Shown in pieces: positions 46,595 through 56,466 of a DNA stretch of 64,000 nucleotides (positions are counted from its first letter, which is position 1; each line of letters begins with the position of its first letter). The stretch lies in the IMG/VR virus record IMGVR_UViG_3300030613_000008, positions 1 through 64,000 of that record; one strand, given 5' to 3'. Below the pieces are notes generated by a model. The model searched no databases and was not told the origin of the DNA. It saw nothing but the letters and a program-made list of their open reading frames with translations. Position numbers and translations under genes: made by a program. Origin of the DNA: a virus. Taxonomy: Duplodnaviria > Caudoviricetes.

Positions 46595-49120
46595 ATGGAC
46601 CTTCTCAATTTCTACTATCTTCAGCGGGTGCTCGAATCCGAGCTTGACCTTGTAGAGACGAACACGGCGGCGGCGCTCAAGAAAGCGCGGCAAGACCTCG
46701 CCATTATTGGGATGCACGACGGCGGCGTGGTGACGCAGAACGCACCGCCCGACTTGTCCGTGCTAGTGAGCGGCCCGGCGCTCGGCACCGACCCGGACGG
46801 AGAGCGCCTGTATTGGGCGGCGGCGCAGACGGTGGATTGCAGTCAAGACCACCTCGGCGCACCGACAACGGTCGTTGCTCCCGGTAACGAGCGGTGGATT
46901 TCTGTCATCGCGGAATACGACCAGACGCTTGCGCTCCCCGTCACGGACGGGAACGGCGTCACGGTCTACACGCGCATCTACGATTCTTTCAATCTCTACG
47001 TGACGATGGCGGCAGAGCAGGCGTTCGGGGCGAACGTCAAACCGGCGCTCCCGGCAGACGGCGTGTTGCTCGCGGACATCCGGCTTGTGTTCGGCACCGT
47101 TCAGATTCTCGCGGCGGACATCAACATCGTCGCGGCCGGTATTACGAACCGTCGTCAAGACCTCGTGAGGTACGCAGGAACGTACATCCCGACGGCGGCA
47201 TACGGCAACCTCGTGGACGCCGTGATCGCCCTGTTCGGCTACGTGGACGCGCTGTCGACGGGCGTTGGTGTGGTGTTCGCGGCGACGGGGACTTGGCGCG
47301 ACGCTTCGGCTATCGCGGCTGTCACAGTAAGCGGAGCCATCAACGAAATAGTGTCCGATCTGTCGGCGTTTGCCGGTGCCGCGCGCATGGGCTCGGCGGC
47401 GCACGTCACGGTCGGAGGGTTCTGCAACCTCGGCAACGGAGCAATTCAAGATGCGCTTGAGGGCATCGCGGACAACGTGGACGGGCACATCGGAGGCGGC
47501 GCTCCGGCACATCCCGACACGGCGGTTACGTCGGCAGCGCAGGCGGGGACGCCCGAGTCATGGGCCGGTGGTAGTGTTCGCGGGTTCCTCACTGGTTTGC
47601 TCGGGCACGTCAACGACAGGACGGAGAGGGCGGTAGATGAGACGGTGAGCGGGGCTTGGAAGTTCGAGAACGGTGAAGCGTGGCCACGGGATCGGGCCAA
47701 GCAATCGGAGAACCTTGCGTTCCGCGATTCGCCCTGGTTTGAGGCGCTATTCGGAGGATCTGCTCCTCCCTGGGAGACACCGGAACAGGTGTGCGCCGAT
47801 CTCCGAGTCGCGGGGTACAATTGGGCGCAGGCTTGGCTCGGACTGAACAGCCCCTACAACAGCGCCGGATACAACTACCCGGACACGTGCCGCTTCCTCG
47901 GCTCGTCTGGCCGGAAGTACGTTGCGTTCCTTGCGGACCTCGCAGGATTTGGAACGCCGTGCAACGTTGTTATGTGGTTCGACCCGTGCGAGATCCCTGT
48001 GCTTCCCACTTTCATCGCCGATCTGGGAGCGGTCCCGAACGCTCTCCCCGTACCGGCCGGTCGCTGGGAACCGACGGCCATGTGCTCGGACGGACTGAAC
48101 GTATACATCATGTTTGTCGACCCGACACTTGGAGCTGCGAGTCCGCATCGCATTCAGGCGTTCAATCTCATCGCGGGCACGATCAAGGTTGGATGGCCGA
48201 ACGACGGCACTGTGCTCCCTGGAAGCGGACTCGGCACCACCGGAACGATGAAGCAGAGCGAGCGTTGCAAGGTCGTCCAGATGTCGGCGTACGGCGGTTC
48301 GGATGTCATCTGCACGCTGAACTCGTGGGTCCGGGGTCCGGTGGCGATTCCCGGAACGACTCCCTGCGTGTCGATGATTAACATGGGGACCGGGGCCATC
48401 GTCGCATCCGGCTGCGGCGACATGCCTATCGACGCGGTGAACAACTGCTGGCCGACCGAGGCGCTCGCGAGCGATGGAACGAATGTGTACGTCGGGAGTT
48501 GGAATGAGACAACCGGAGTCGGCCAGGTGTTCACGTGCAGGATAGTGAACCCGCAGCTCGGGAGCGCGACAGGAACGTGGCCCTACCAGCTGAACTCCGG
48601 AGGGATGCCCGCGTGGGCGTGTCCCAAGGAGTTGCTATTCGACGGTGCGCTCCTTTGGTGCTCGTTCAACGACGGGAATTCGCTCGCGGGAGCGGGACCA
48701 ATCAACTTCGGGATGACGTTCGGCGCGGTCGTGGCCTATGACTTTACGGCAGACGACTGGATTCCGCAGTTGGCAGCGGCCGACATCCTTGCTGTCGGGC
48801 ACATGGCATACGACGGGCTCAACGTATGGGTCCAGGTGATGCGCGACATGGACGGTGCTGGGAACAAAGACATCGAGTGCCTATACAAGATGCCTTGCGT
48901 ACAGGCAAATCCCAGAATCGAACTCACGGTCGGTGCCGACGAGCAGAAGCAACTCGTCGCTTACCTAATGAGCATGAGCGAGTTTGCTCAAATATCAACG
49001 ACAGACTTCGGCCGGATGTGTTTCGACGGCGACGGCGTTTGGACGATCGTGGACGGAGCCGGTGACGGCCACTCGCTTGAGGGAGTCATCAGGCGAGTCC
49101 CGCACGCTGGGTCGAGGTAG
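46595..49120 (+). CDS. Tail fibre / receptor-binding protein with propeller-like C-terminus
   Basis: MDLLNFYYLQRVLESELD N-terminus; repeated (L/M)x(S/F/Y)DGxx(V/L)(Y/W) blades. Confidence 0.7.
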   Translation: MDLLNFYYLQRVLESELDLVETNTAAALKKARQDLAIIGMHDGGVVTQNAPPDLSVLVSGPALGTDPDGERLYWAAAQTVDCSQDHLGAPTTVVAPGNERWISVIAEYDQTLALPVTDGNGVTVYTRIYDSFNLYVTMAAEQAFGANVKPALPADGVLLADIRLVFGTVQILAADINIVAAGITNRRQDLVRYAGTYIPTAAYGNLVDAVIALFGYVDALSTGVGVVFAATGTWRDASAIAAVTVSGAINEIVSDLSAFAGAARMGSAAHVTVGGFCNLGNGAIQDALEGIADNVDGHIGGGAPAHPDTAVTSAAQAGTPESWAGGSVRGFLTGLLGHVNDRTERAVDETVSGAWKFENGEAWPRDRAKQSENLAFRDSPWFEALFGGSAPPWETPEQVCADLRVAGYNWAQAWLGLNSPYNSAGYNYPDTCRFLGSSGRKYVAFLADLAGFGTPCNVVMWFDPCEIPVLPTFIADLGAVPNALPVPAGRWEPTAMCSDGLNVYIMFVDPTLGAASPHRIQAFNLIAGTIKVGWPNDGTVLPGSGLGTTGTMKQSERCKVVQMSAYGGSDVICTLNSWVRGPVAIPGTTPCVSMINMGTGAIVASGCGDMPIDAVNNCWPTEALASDGTNVYVGSWNETTGVGQVFTCRIVNPQLGSATGTWPYQLNSGGMPAWACPKELLFDGALLWCSFNDGNSLAGAGPINFGMTFGAVVAYDFTADDWIPQLAAADILAVGHMAYDGLNVWVQVMRDMDGAGNKDIECLYKMPCVQANPRIELTVGADEQKQLVAYLMSMSEFAQISTTDFGRMCFDGDGVWTIVDGAGDGHSLEGVIRRVPHAGSR

Positions 49121-49123
49121 CAG

Positions 49124-49768
49124 TTGGGCGCACAGGAGCACGCAATGGATTCTCCGTCTCTCCCTGAGCCGAGCGTTTGCGCCGGGCATCGGTATCTCGA
49201 AAGGAAAATTGACGACTTGGCGAGCGACGTTCACGATGGGTTCGAACGCCTCGGTCAGAAAATAGAGGACGTGCGAGTAGAGCAAGCCGAGACGAATTCG
49301 TCATTGAAGGGCGCGTGGCACCGCATCAACGAGCTTGAGCGGCAGGCTGGAGACGTGCCCATCAAGATAGAGAAAGCCGTTCACACGCACATGCGCGGGT
49401 GCCCAATCAACGACGTGACAGAGGTCGGCATCAAGTCGGACCGTCGCAGGGATGGCGACCGTGGGCGATCTGAATCCTGCGAACCGACACCAAAGCGCCG
49501 CTCCCTGTCTCCGCCGTCCACCCTGTTCCCGTCTCTTCCGAGGTGGGCCGTGGCGATTGGTGTTGGTGTGGTTTTGGCGTGTGTTCTTCTCGGCGTATTC
49601 CTTAGCATTTTCATGTCAACTGGCAGTGTGGACAAGGCTTCACACGCCGTGCGCGGGCTTGCCGAACAGGTGGGCTCACATGCTACGATAGAAAACGAAA
49701 CGGGCGAGAGTCCGCAGGCCGCGACGGCCGCTACAGGAGGAAGTTATGACGACCCTGACCGTAATTAA
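49124..49768 (+). CDS. Coiled-coil + TM protein (holin-like, tentative)
   Basis: AVAIGVGVVLACVLLGVFLSIFM helix. Confidence 0.5.
   Translation: MGAQEHAMDSPSLPEPSVCAGHRYLERKIDDLASDVHDGFERLGQKIEDVRVEQAETNSSLKGAWHRINELERQAGDVPIKIEKAVHTHMRGCPINDVTEVGIKSDRRRDGDRGRSESCEPTPKRRSLSPPSTLFPSLPRWAVAIGVGVVLACVLLGVFLSIFMSTGSVDKASHAVRGLAEQVGSHATIENETGESPQAATAATGGSYDDPDRN
49659..49689 (+). promoter_or_regulatory. Putative late promoter (19-bp spacer)
   Basis: TTGCCG-N16-TGC-TACGAT. Confidence 0.55.
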
Positions 49769-50252
49769 CCCGGCAAAGGAATTTCGCGGCGGCATGAACA
49801 TCGTTCCCGACGCCGACACCGGCAAGGAACTCGGCGACATCATCTACGACCTCCAGACGGCGGTCAACACGATCGGCAATGCGGTTGTTGAGAGCACGCA
49901 CGCCGGGCTGGCGCTGCGGACTCTGAACAACGAAGTGGCGGCGGCGCTCAACGGAACGGCCACCAAGAAGTTCATCCCCGAGGGAATCGATTTCATCGTG
50001 ACCGCGCTGACCGGTGTTCCAAACGGAAACGCCATCGTGACAGTGGGGACCACGGCGGGTGGCACGCAGATTCTTCCGGCGACTCCGTTGACAGGGCTGA
50101 ACGCCGTAGGCGAGACGTTCCCGATTCAGATCACCGGTATCCTCCCGAGCATCGCGGGGACTGCAACTCTGTACGTGAAAGTGACGACGGCGGACACGGG
50201 TGCGGGTTCAACATTGACGGCGACCGCTCGCATCTACGGGCGCGAGAACTGA
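49746..50252 (+). CDS. Putative decoration/structural protein
   Basis: SD AGGAGG; VTVGTTAGGTQI beta-sandwich pattern. Confidence 0.6.
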   Translation: MTTLTVINPAKEFRGGMNIVPDADTGKELGDIIYDLQTAVNTIGNAVVESTHAGLALRTLNNEVAAALNGTATKKFIPEGIDFIVTALTGVPNGNAIVTVGTTAGGTQILPATPLTGLNAVGETFPIQITGILPSIAGTATLYVKVTTADTGAGSTLTATARIYGREN

Positions 50253-50306
50253 TAGGCGAGTGACGAGGTAACAAATCGCGGTGGGCAACCGCCGACGGAG
50301 GACGAG

Positions 50307-51434
50307 ATGGCAATCAGGGTAAGTGCGACAAGGGTTATCACGGCGCTCGACACGACCAAATTGGACGGCATCGAGGCGACGGCAGACGTCACCGACGCGG
50401 CAAACGTCGCGGCGGCTGGCGCGGTCATGGACGCGGACATGGCGGGGGCGACGCTCGGGCACATGATGCGCACGGGTGCCGGGGCCTATGCCGTGATTCA
50501 GGACAACATGGCGGCGGTTGTTCCCCCGGCTGTCGGCGATGACAGCGTGGCGGGCTACGCGGTCGGCTCGCGGTGGGTGGACAACGCACTCAACAACACC
50601 TACGAGTGCGCAGATGCGGCGGTTGGCGCGGCGGTGTGGCGGCTCACGCTGAACGCGGCGGCGGCTGGTGGGGAACTCGCGGGCACGTACCCGAACCCGA
50701 CCGTGGCGGACGGCGTCATCGATGCTGCGAACGGCCTCGCGGGTGCGGTGGCTGGCATCGTCGTTGACAAGGGCACGCCGAGTTCGTGCGTCATCGCGTT
50801 CGACGTGGGTGGTGCGGCACAGCGCCCGGCGGATGGCGCGTCCTACACGTTCAGCATCGGCGGTGTGGCACTCGCGGCCATCGAGGCGCGGGACGTCGTG
50901 GTCGACCAGGACGACTTTCTGCGGTCGAGCGCAGGCGTCGAGGAGGACGACACCATCCTCATGGCGGCGGCGTTTGCGGCGTGCATCAACGCCCACACGG
51001 TCATCGGCCTGCGAATTCGCGCGGCCATCTACGGCGGCGCGGGCGACGGTCGCTGGTACGTCCAGTGCTACACGCGGCTACAGGCGGACATCACGGCGGC
51101 CTCGGCTCTCACGTGCGTGCTCGCGGGTGGGCAGCCGGGCTTCTATCAGGCTCGCGCTACGGCGGTCGCGGCGTCCAAGCGCCAGACGTTCCCGTTCCGC
51201 TACGAGGTAACTGCGCAGGACGTGCTCGCTGGTGAGATTCGGTTCGACTTCGGCGGGTCGGCGGTCGTGGCCTACGGGCTCGACATACTGACAGCCGCTG
51301 CAAACTACACGCGCATCGCATGGACCGGAGCCGTGACGCTGGCCGGTGGTCAGTTGACCGTCGACAACAGCGCCGGGACCGATTGGGCGGCGGGCAACGT
51401 CCTCACGGGCTGGATGCTCTGCACCGTCGCGTAG
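50307..51434 (+). CDS. Fibre-like structural protein
   Basis: KLDGIEATADVTDAANV, PAVGDDSVAGYAVGSRW, AGGELAGTYPNPTV fibre motifs. Confidence 0.7.
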   Translation: MAIRVSATRVITALDTTKLDGIEATADVTDAANVAAAGAVMDADMAGATLGHMMRTGAGAYAVIQDNMAAVVPPAVGDDSVAGYAVGSRWVDNALNNTYECADAAVGAAVWRLTLNAAAAGGELAGTYPNPTVADGVIDAANGLAGAVAGIVVDKGTPSSCVIAFDVGGAAQRPADGASYTFSIGGVALAAIEARDVVVDQDDFLRSSAGVEEDDTILMAAAFAACINAHTVIGLRIRAAIYGGAGDGRWYVQCYTRLQADITAASALTCVLAGGQPGFYQARATAVAASKRQTFPFRYEVTAQDVLAGEIRFDFGGSAVVAYGLDILTAAANYTRIAWTGAVTLAGGQLTVDNSAGTDWAAGNVLTGWMLCTVA

Positions 51435-51547
51435 TCCTTCGGCCCCGGCGGGGGCCTCCCTGTTAGCGTAGCGGTCCCGAGCCGCCGGTCGGGCGGATAG
51501 ACGAAGAACCGTTCGCGTCGCTCTGGCGCGTCGATTAGGAGGCTTCC

Positions 51548-54500
51548 GTGGCAGGTTACAGCACCCCGTACGCATTCGCGAACTATCTCGGTGAATGGGC
51601 AAACGACGCGGCGGCCTTGACGGAGCTTCGAGCGCGCAAGTGGGATAGCACGGCGGACGGGCTCGGAAACCCGCGCAACGGCATGACCTACTACGCCACG
51701 GGCACGCACACGTACAGGGGCTACCAGGGTGGTGCGTGGGTGGACTTTTTGACGCCCGGTGTCTTGACGCTCGACAACGCCTACAACGGAGGTCGTTTCA
51801 TCACGGCGGACGCGGGCGCGGTGGACATCTCTGTCCCGGTCGCTGTCAACGGCACGGCCCTGTCGTTGCACCAACTCATGCCCTTGGCGACGGTGGATGT
51901 GCTCACAATCGAGAACTTGGGGAACACTGGTGCGAGCATCGGGCTGATGGGGACGCGGCGGTGGATTGAGTCCGATGGCGGCAACATGCGGATTCAGCTG
52001 ACGGCCAGCGATGCGCTTGCCTACGCATTGCAGATCTTCGCGGAGAATCTTGGCGGCGGCACGGCGGGAATCGGTATCGACGCGGACGATGACATTACGA
52101 TTACGGCGACAAACGGACAACTGCTGCTCCACGGGTTCAACGGAGTCGGTGGTGCCGGTGTCGCGATTGAGGCCACGGCAGGAGGCGGGGAAATAGCGAT
52201 TGGCGCTGCTAACGTTGCCAACCAGATTTCCGTTGGAACGAACGGTGCCCGCAATATTCAGATTGGCTATTCCGGATCTCTAGCCACTACCGTCAACGCG
52301 ATGGATGTTGGACTTCTCGCCGATACGAACGATGCGCTGGCGCACGCAATAGTCATTCGTGCAACCAACGCCGGAGTCGGAACGGCAATTCTGAACATCG
52401 ACGCAGACGACGCTATCACGATCGATTCGCTGGCTGCGGGGTTCTCCATCGATGGCGTCACGGCATCCAACGTCTGCACCACGACCGGAAATCTGACACT
52501 GGATGCCACGGCAGGGAAACTCTACGTTGGGACCGGTGCGGGCGGAAGTTCTGTGGCCATTGGTAACCTCCTTCGCGCCATGACTGTCGATGCCGACACG
52601 TACACGCTCACTGCGACTGGACTCAACGGTAATTTGCAGATCCTGTTGCACGCCGACGTTGCGGTGCTTCGCGATTTGACAATCGACTGCGACAACGTGA
52701 ATGCCCTCGGTGCGCGCATTACGTTCTCCGATTCCTGGCAGAAAGACAGCGGAGGTGCTGGCGGGTACACGGTTGCGATGCCGTTTGGCACCACGGCGGC
52801 AGAGTGGACGCTGTTCAAAAACAACTTCGGGGATGGCACGTCGCTGCTCAACGCGATCAACCAGTGCGCGTCTTCGGCGGTGACGCTGGATGAGGCGTAT
52901 GCGGCTGCGGCGGCAACGGTTGCTGTTAATGACTGGGATGTTACCTGGACAACTACAGGGGCATATTCCCATATCTTCAATCTCGCTGGATGTACGGGAG
53001 TCGCCGATGGGTTCTTCATCGAGGACGGGACGGATTATTTCAGGTTCACCCATGCTGGCGCGAATACGTTGAACCTGTCCGCCGAGTTAGGGTCCGCTAT
53101 CATCGGTACGTCGCTCACGTTCGACCTCAACGCAACCGGGGCTGTCACAATCGATGCTGCCGGTGCTAGCGCCATCACGATTGGCGGTGACGCCAACACG
53201 GGCGCGATGGGTTTTGGAACGGCCGGTGCGCGGACGGTAACGGTCGGCAACATCACCACGACAACGGGAGTCATTGTCAACACGGGTACTAGCGGATTCC
53301 AGGTCAACACGACGGGCGCGGGCACGGTAGACATCAACGGTACAAATGCCGTGACCATCGATGCCGCAACGGGACTAAGTTTGGACGGCGTGGGTGCAAG
53401 CAATCTCACGGCAACATCCGGCACGTTGACTCTCAGCACGCTTGTATCTGGCACGTTGATTGTGAACTCGATTGGTCTGCTTGATATTGATGCCGCTGCC
53501 AACATCGACATGGATGTCACCGGCACGTTCGACATGCTTTCGACTGGTGTGTTTTCGATAGACGGTACAGGGGCTTCCAACGTCACGGCGTCTTCGGGAA
53601 ATCTGACCCTGAGCACTCTGGTTTCCGGCGGTCTGATTCTCAACTCGATCGGGATAGTGGACATTGATGGCACGATAGGAACCTGGAATGCGACATCGTT
53701 GACTCTTACGACCTCGCTCGGGTTCGATGTTAATGCTACTGGGGCCGTGACCTTGGACGCGGCAGGGACTAGCGCAATCACGATCGGTGGGGATGCGGAT
53801 ACCGGAGCGATGGGATTTGGCACTGCTGGTGCTCGGCAGATCACGATTGGAAATACCACTACGACAACCGGCGTTGCGATCAACACCGGGACGTCTGATT
53901 TCGCGATCAACACGAATCAGTTGTATGTGGACCAGCCGACCGGGTTCACGGGGTTTGGAACTGCGACGCCGTTGCAGCGCGCGAACATTCAATCCGGGGC
54001 GATCCGATTCGATTACGTTCCGACGCTGAGCTGCGCGGCGGCGGTGCTTGGTGCTGGGGCGGCTGGAGTCAACACGAATGGTGTGCACTCGATTAAACTT
54101 ACTGCTGTGAATGCTCTTGGCGAAACCGAGCTTTGGACCGGCAGTGGAAATTACACGGTCGTGGCAAACGAGCAGATCGCTTGTTCCAATCTGCCGGTAT
54201 CCACCGATTCGACTGTTACCGGGCGCTACATTCACATGAACAAGGCCGGGGGCGCAATATGGTACAGAGTCGCGCTGCTCAACAACGTTGATACAACCTA
54301 CAATATCAACGTTGCTGACACTGGATTGGTTGACGCTGGACCCTCTCGCAACACGACATCATGTCGAATATTTGCTGGCGCAATATCGTGCTTCACGGTT
54401 GATTCGGTTGGGAGCCTTGGGATTGGTGGGGATGGGACATTCTCGGTTGCTAGCAGTCCTGGATACACGCAGATCATGGCGGGTCCGTCAGGCGCAATTT

Positions 54501-55441
54501 TTTTCCGCGCGAACAACGGTGGTGCGTATTACGGGAGGATAAATCAATATGGTATCGGATCGCTTGGCGCGACTCCAACGTCCGGAGAGACGTTCGCCAT
54601 GCTCGGCACCTCTGCGGCCGGTGTCAAGATGCAGCGCCACACCACCGCAAACACTGCTGGCAACACGCTGTCTGTAGTCGCGGGCGGCGCGACTCTGGCG
54701 GCAACGGACAAGGCCGGTGGTCCGCTCTATCTCGTCGCTGGCACGGCTACAGGTTCGGCGGGCTCGTACACCTCCCTGTGGGCTTCGCCGATTGGCGGTG
54801 CTGGCGTAGCAGACAACGCCCCGGTTCAGATTCTCACGGCTGGTCCTCTCAGCGATGGTGCGGCTGGAACGATCGCCGTTGGCATCGGCACGATTCTCCC
54901 GACGTCGCTACTCGACCTGGAAATCCTTGGCGCGTCCAAGGCCGTTACGGATGTTCTCGAACTGACGAACCGCTACAACGCCGCCGACATGGACGGCACG
55001 GGCTCCGCGATTCTTTGGAATCAGTGGTACTATGACGCGGCAACACCGGCTGTTGCGGACGCGGGTCGCATTGCCTGTATCACTGAGAACGATTGGACAT
55101 CTGTAAACCAGGATTCTTGCTTGGCCTTCTACAACGCAGGCACCCGCGCGGTAGAAGAAAAGATGAGGTTGAATTCCAAGGGCACTTTGCAACTCATGGG
55201 AACTGCCATAAACGCAAATGCCTATGGTGCACTCCATTTATTCTATACGGGTACGGTTCCAATTGCGGCCACAGCCGACTCCATCCTGGCCTATGCCGTA
55301 GATTCCAGTGATAACACGGCCACTCTCGGCTTGTTCCTGGAGCAAGCAGTTGAGGCGATTGGCGCAGGGTTCACCCCCGATTTCAAGCTCAAGATATTGG
55401 TGGGGGGTGTTGAATACAGGATAGCGTTGGAAGCAGTGTAG
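51548..55441 (+). CDS. Long tail fibre (1297 aa)
   Basis: Gly/Thr/Ala-rich beta repeats, GFGTATP, GIGTILPTSLLD, EKMRLNSKG motifs. Confidence 0.8.
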   Translation: MAGYSTPYAFANYLGEWANDAAALTELRARKWDSTADGLGNPRNGMTYYATGTHTYRGYQGGAWVDFLTPGVLTLDNAYNGGRFITADAGAVDISVPVAVNGTALSLHQLMPLATVDVLTIENLGNTGASIGLMGTRRWIESDGGNMRIQLTASDALAYALQIFAENLGGGTAGIGIDADDDITITATNGQLLLHGFNGVGGAGVAIEATAGGGEIAIGAANVANQISVGTNGARNIQIGYSGSLATTVNAMDVGLLADTNDALAHAIVIRATNAGVGTAILNIDADDAITIDSLAAGFSIDGVTASNVCTTTGNLTLDATAGKLYVGTGAGGSSVAIGNLLRAMTVDADTYTLTATGLNGNLQILLHADVAVLRDLTIDCDNVNALGARITFSDSWQKDSGGAGGYTVAMPFGTTAAEWTLFKNNFGDGTSLLNAINQCASSAVTLDEAYAAAAATVAVNDWDVTWTTTGAYSHIFNLAGCTGVADGFFIEDGTDYFRFTHAGANTLNLSAELGSAIIGTSLTFDLNATGAVTIDAAGASAITIGGDANTGAMGFGTAGARTVTVGNITTTTGVIVNTGTSGFQVNTTGAGTVDINGTNAVTIDAATGLSLDGVGASNLTATSGTLTLSTLVSGTLIVNSIGLLDIDAAANIDMDVTGTFDMLSTGVFSIDGTGASNVTASSGNLTLSTLVSGGLILNSIGIVDIDGTIGTWNATSLTLTTSLGFDVNATGAVTLDAAGTSAITIGGDADTGAMGFGTAGARQITIGNTTTTTGVAINTGTSDFAINTNQLYVDQPTGFTGFGTATPLQRANIQSGAIRFDYVPTLSCAAAVLGAGAAGVNTNGVHSIKLTAVNALGETELWTGSGNYTVVANEQIACSNLPVSTDSTVTGRYIHMNKAGGAIWYRVALLNNVDTTYNINVADTGLVDAGPSRNTTSCRIFAGAISCFTVDSVGSLGIGGDGTFSVASSPGYTQIMAGPSGAIFFRANNGGAYYGRINQYGIGSLGATPTSGETFAMLGTSAAGVKMQRHTTANTAGNTLSVVAGGATLAATDKAGGPLYLVAGTATGSAGSYTSLWASPIGGAGVADNAPVQILTAGPLSDGAAGTIAVGIGTILPTSLLDLEILGASKAVTDVLELTNRYNAADMDGTGSAILWNQWYYDAATPAVADAGRIACITENDWTSVNQDSCLAFYNAGTRAVEEKMRLNSKGTLQLMGTAINANAYGALHLFYTGTVPIAATADSILAYAVDSSDNTATLGLFLEQAVEAIGAGFTPDFKLKILVGGVEYRIALEAV

Positions 55442-55490
55442 CAGGAGGAACCAATGACACGGCTGCAAACAACCAACCAAGGGGATAGCG

Positions 55491-56081
55491 ATGCTGACCT
55501 ACGAAAAAGCCAAGGCGTTCTCCAACTTCCTCAACGTCCAGTCCGGGGCGTACTTCACGTCTCCTGACCCGACGGAGCAGGCGGCCAACCAGAAGGCCGC
55601 TGCCGAGACGGTGGACCGCGTGAGGCGGTACACGCGCTACGCCACGGGTATCGCCCGCAACCAGACCATCGTCGACAAGGTGATGGAGGCTGCAACCAAG
55701 GCGATGAAGAACGAAAAGCTGGAGGCGTACCAGAAGGCGCACCAAGCGCTCGCCGCCGAGAAGATGGAGACCGAAGAGTTAGAGAAGCGGTCGTCCGCGT
55801 TGCGAGCCGAGCACGACGCCGACGAACTCGTGGCAGAGCAGAACCGACGGTACGCCGAACTCATGGCGTCCGAGGTGCTGGCCGATGACGGCGTGACCCC
55901 GCTCAAGCTGTACCGCATTCTGGTCACGGACCTCCCCGGCTGGAACGACAAGCCCGAGACGCCGTGTGAGGACCGGGGCGGCATCGTCTCCCCGGCGGAC
56001 ATCAAGTTTCTGTTCTCCATCGGCGTGCTGCACGACCCGAGCGACGACGAAGCCGCGAAGGCCGCCGGACCCGCGAACTAG
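55491..56081 (+). CDS. Putative fibre assembly chaperone
   Basis: Helical protein directly after the long fibre. Confidence 0.5.
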   Translation: MLTYEKAKAFSNFLNVQSGAYFTSPDPTEQAANQKAAAETVDRVRRYTRYATGIARNQTIVDKVMEAATKAMKNEKLEAYQKAHQALAAEKMETEELEKRSSALRAEHDADELVAEQNRRYAELMASEVLADDGVTPLKLYRILVTDLPGWNDKPETPCEDRGGIVSPADIKFLFSIGVLHDPSDDEAAKAAGPAN

Positions 56082-56111
56082 CAAGCCCGCGTCGATTTCC
56101 AAACAACTCGC

Positions 56112-56140
56112 TTGACATTCGCAAGGGCAAGGCGCAAGCT
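56112..56140 (+). promoter_or_regulatory. Putative promoter of the early/recombination operon
   Basis: TTGACA-N17-CAAGCT in an intergenic gap. Confidence 0.45.
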
Positions 56141-56196
56141 GTCCCTTGAGGTGGACGGTGGCGAGTGCACAACCCAATTGAGAGGAGTCGGAGTAG

Positions 56197-56466
56197 ATGC
56201 CAAGATACTACACCCCCGAATACGCCCGAGTGAAAGTCCGGGCAGCCACGCACGGCATGACATTCGCGCAACTCGCGGGGAAGTGCGGGGTGTCGCGGCA
56301 AGCCTTGGAGATGAGTCTCAAGGCAGGGCGTCCCGCGCTGGCCGGGCTGGAACGTCTCGCCGGGGCGCTGACCATGGCCCGAGATGACGTGCTCGCGCCG
56401 CTCAAGAATTCGGAACTCATCGCGGCGGCCCTCTGGTACGCCGGGTTGACGGGGGGGCAGCGTTGA
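56197..56466 (+). CDS. XRE/Cro-like HTH regulator
   Basis: GMTFAQLAGKCGVSRQAL...LERLAGAL. Confidence 0.8.
   Translation: MPRYYTPEYARVKVRAATHGMTFAQLAGKCGVSRQALEMSLKAGRPALAGLERLAGALTMARDDVLAPLKNSELIAAALWYAGLTGGQR

Noticed and set aside
51435-51547. HDV-like (theta) or hammerhead ribozyme in the structured spacers
   Set aside because: There is no room for P3/L3 of the HDV fold and no CUGANGA/GAAA core. Kept only as a generic structure.
53120-53902. DGR template/variable repeat pair
   Set aside because: Differences are mostly synonymous and not adenine-specific, and no reverse transcriptase is in the window.
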